This document shows positions 63,449 to 64,000 of a stretch of 64,000 bases of DNA, piece after piece (positions within the stretch are counted from its first letter, which is position 1; every line of letters begins with the position of its first letter). A program made the position numbers and the translations under genes. This DNA is from Ostrea edulis. Lineage: Eukaryota. The stretch spans positions 61,132,001 to 61,196,000 of the forward strand of contig NC_079165.1 of NCBI RefSeq assembly GCF_947568905.1, read 5' to 3'. The notes beneath the pieces were generated by a model. That model did not search any database. It was not told where the DNA came from and saw only the letters and a list, made by a program, of their open reading frames with translations.

Positions 63449-63995
63449 GGTAGCTCCACCTTCATGTGGCTTATCAAAATTAATGTTTCAAGGTAGATAA
63501 ACTGTATTGATTTCCATTTAATATAGGTAAAGAAAATATATTTGTTGCTAACCTTTGAAAGATGTCAGACATACAAAAACAAAAGTTTGTATCAACATCA
63601 GAAATTGTACATTTTTATCAAAAATGATAAAAATACATTAAAACTGGTTAAAATGACAAAATTTTAATTTCAGTAGTTTCTAAAAACTTTCTTTATAAAT
63701 GTTTATAAATTATTTGTGGATATCAAGGAAGTCATTGGATATCATATTAGACATACATGTACCACAGAGAAAATACATGTACCAGTGTAGGAGTTATTGC
63801 CCTTGATAGCATTTTTGTAGTATAGAAAATATATTATTTTTAGAAAATAGAAACCCTTTTGATATCAAATAGTTTACCAAACATTTTTTATCCTACCCAG
63901 TGAATAAAATTCCTCCAATTTCTATCATTAAAAAATTTTAATGACGTAAAGATTTTGCAAAAAAACCTATGACATCACATGAGGACAGAGCTACC
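63449..63995. mobile_element. Kolobok-like non-autonomous element, 547 bp, TTAA TSD
   Basis: TTAA|GGTAGCTC.....TCATGTG ... CACATGA.....GAGCTACC|TTAA. Confidence 0.85.
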
Positions 63996-64000
63996 TTAAA

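Overview
AT-rich, intron-rich eukaryotic DNA, most likely from a bivalve mollusc such as an oyster (inferred from the repeat families, not proven). Hand-splicing gives five protein-coding genes: INF2-like formin (first coding exon only, minus), CEP135 (complete, 21 coding exons, 1283 aa, minus), a 9-finger C2H2 zinc-finger gene (complete, 2 coding exons, 760 aa, plus), Rab escort protein CHM/REP-1 (complete, 17 exons, 708 aa, minus) and TBCK (first two coding exons, plus). CEP135/ZNF and CHM/TBCK are both compact head-to-head pairs. Introns and intergenic DNA hold many non-autonomous DNA transposons, Helitron/Helentron-like satellite carriers, Penelope-like RT remnants, one SINE with a 14-bp TSD and several minisatellites. 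The most notable observations are: TTAA-flanked MITEs carrying a tRNA-like Pol III module at a fixed position; a three-level nested MITE stack in TBCK intron 1; a degenerate minimal hammerhead ribozyme beside a Penelope-like element; three separate tandem duplications of splice donors; a candidate alternative N-terminal exon in the long CEP135 intron; and a perfect 39-bp hairpin. All coordinates were counted by hand and no searches were run.
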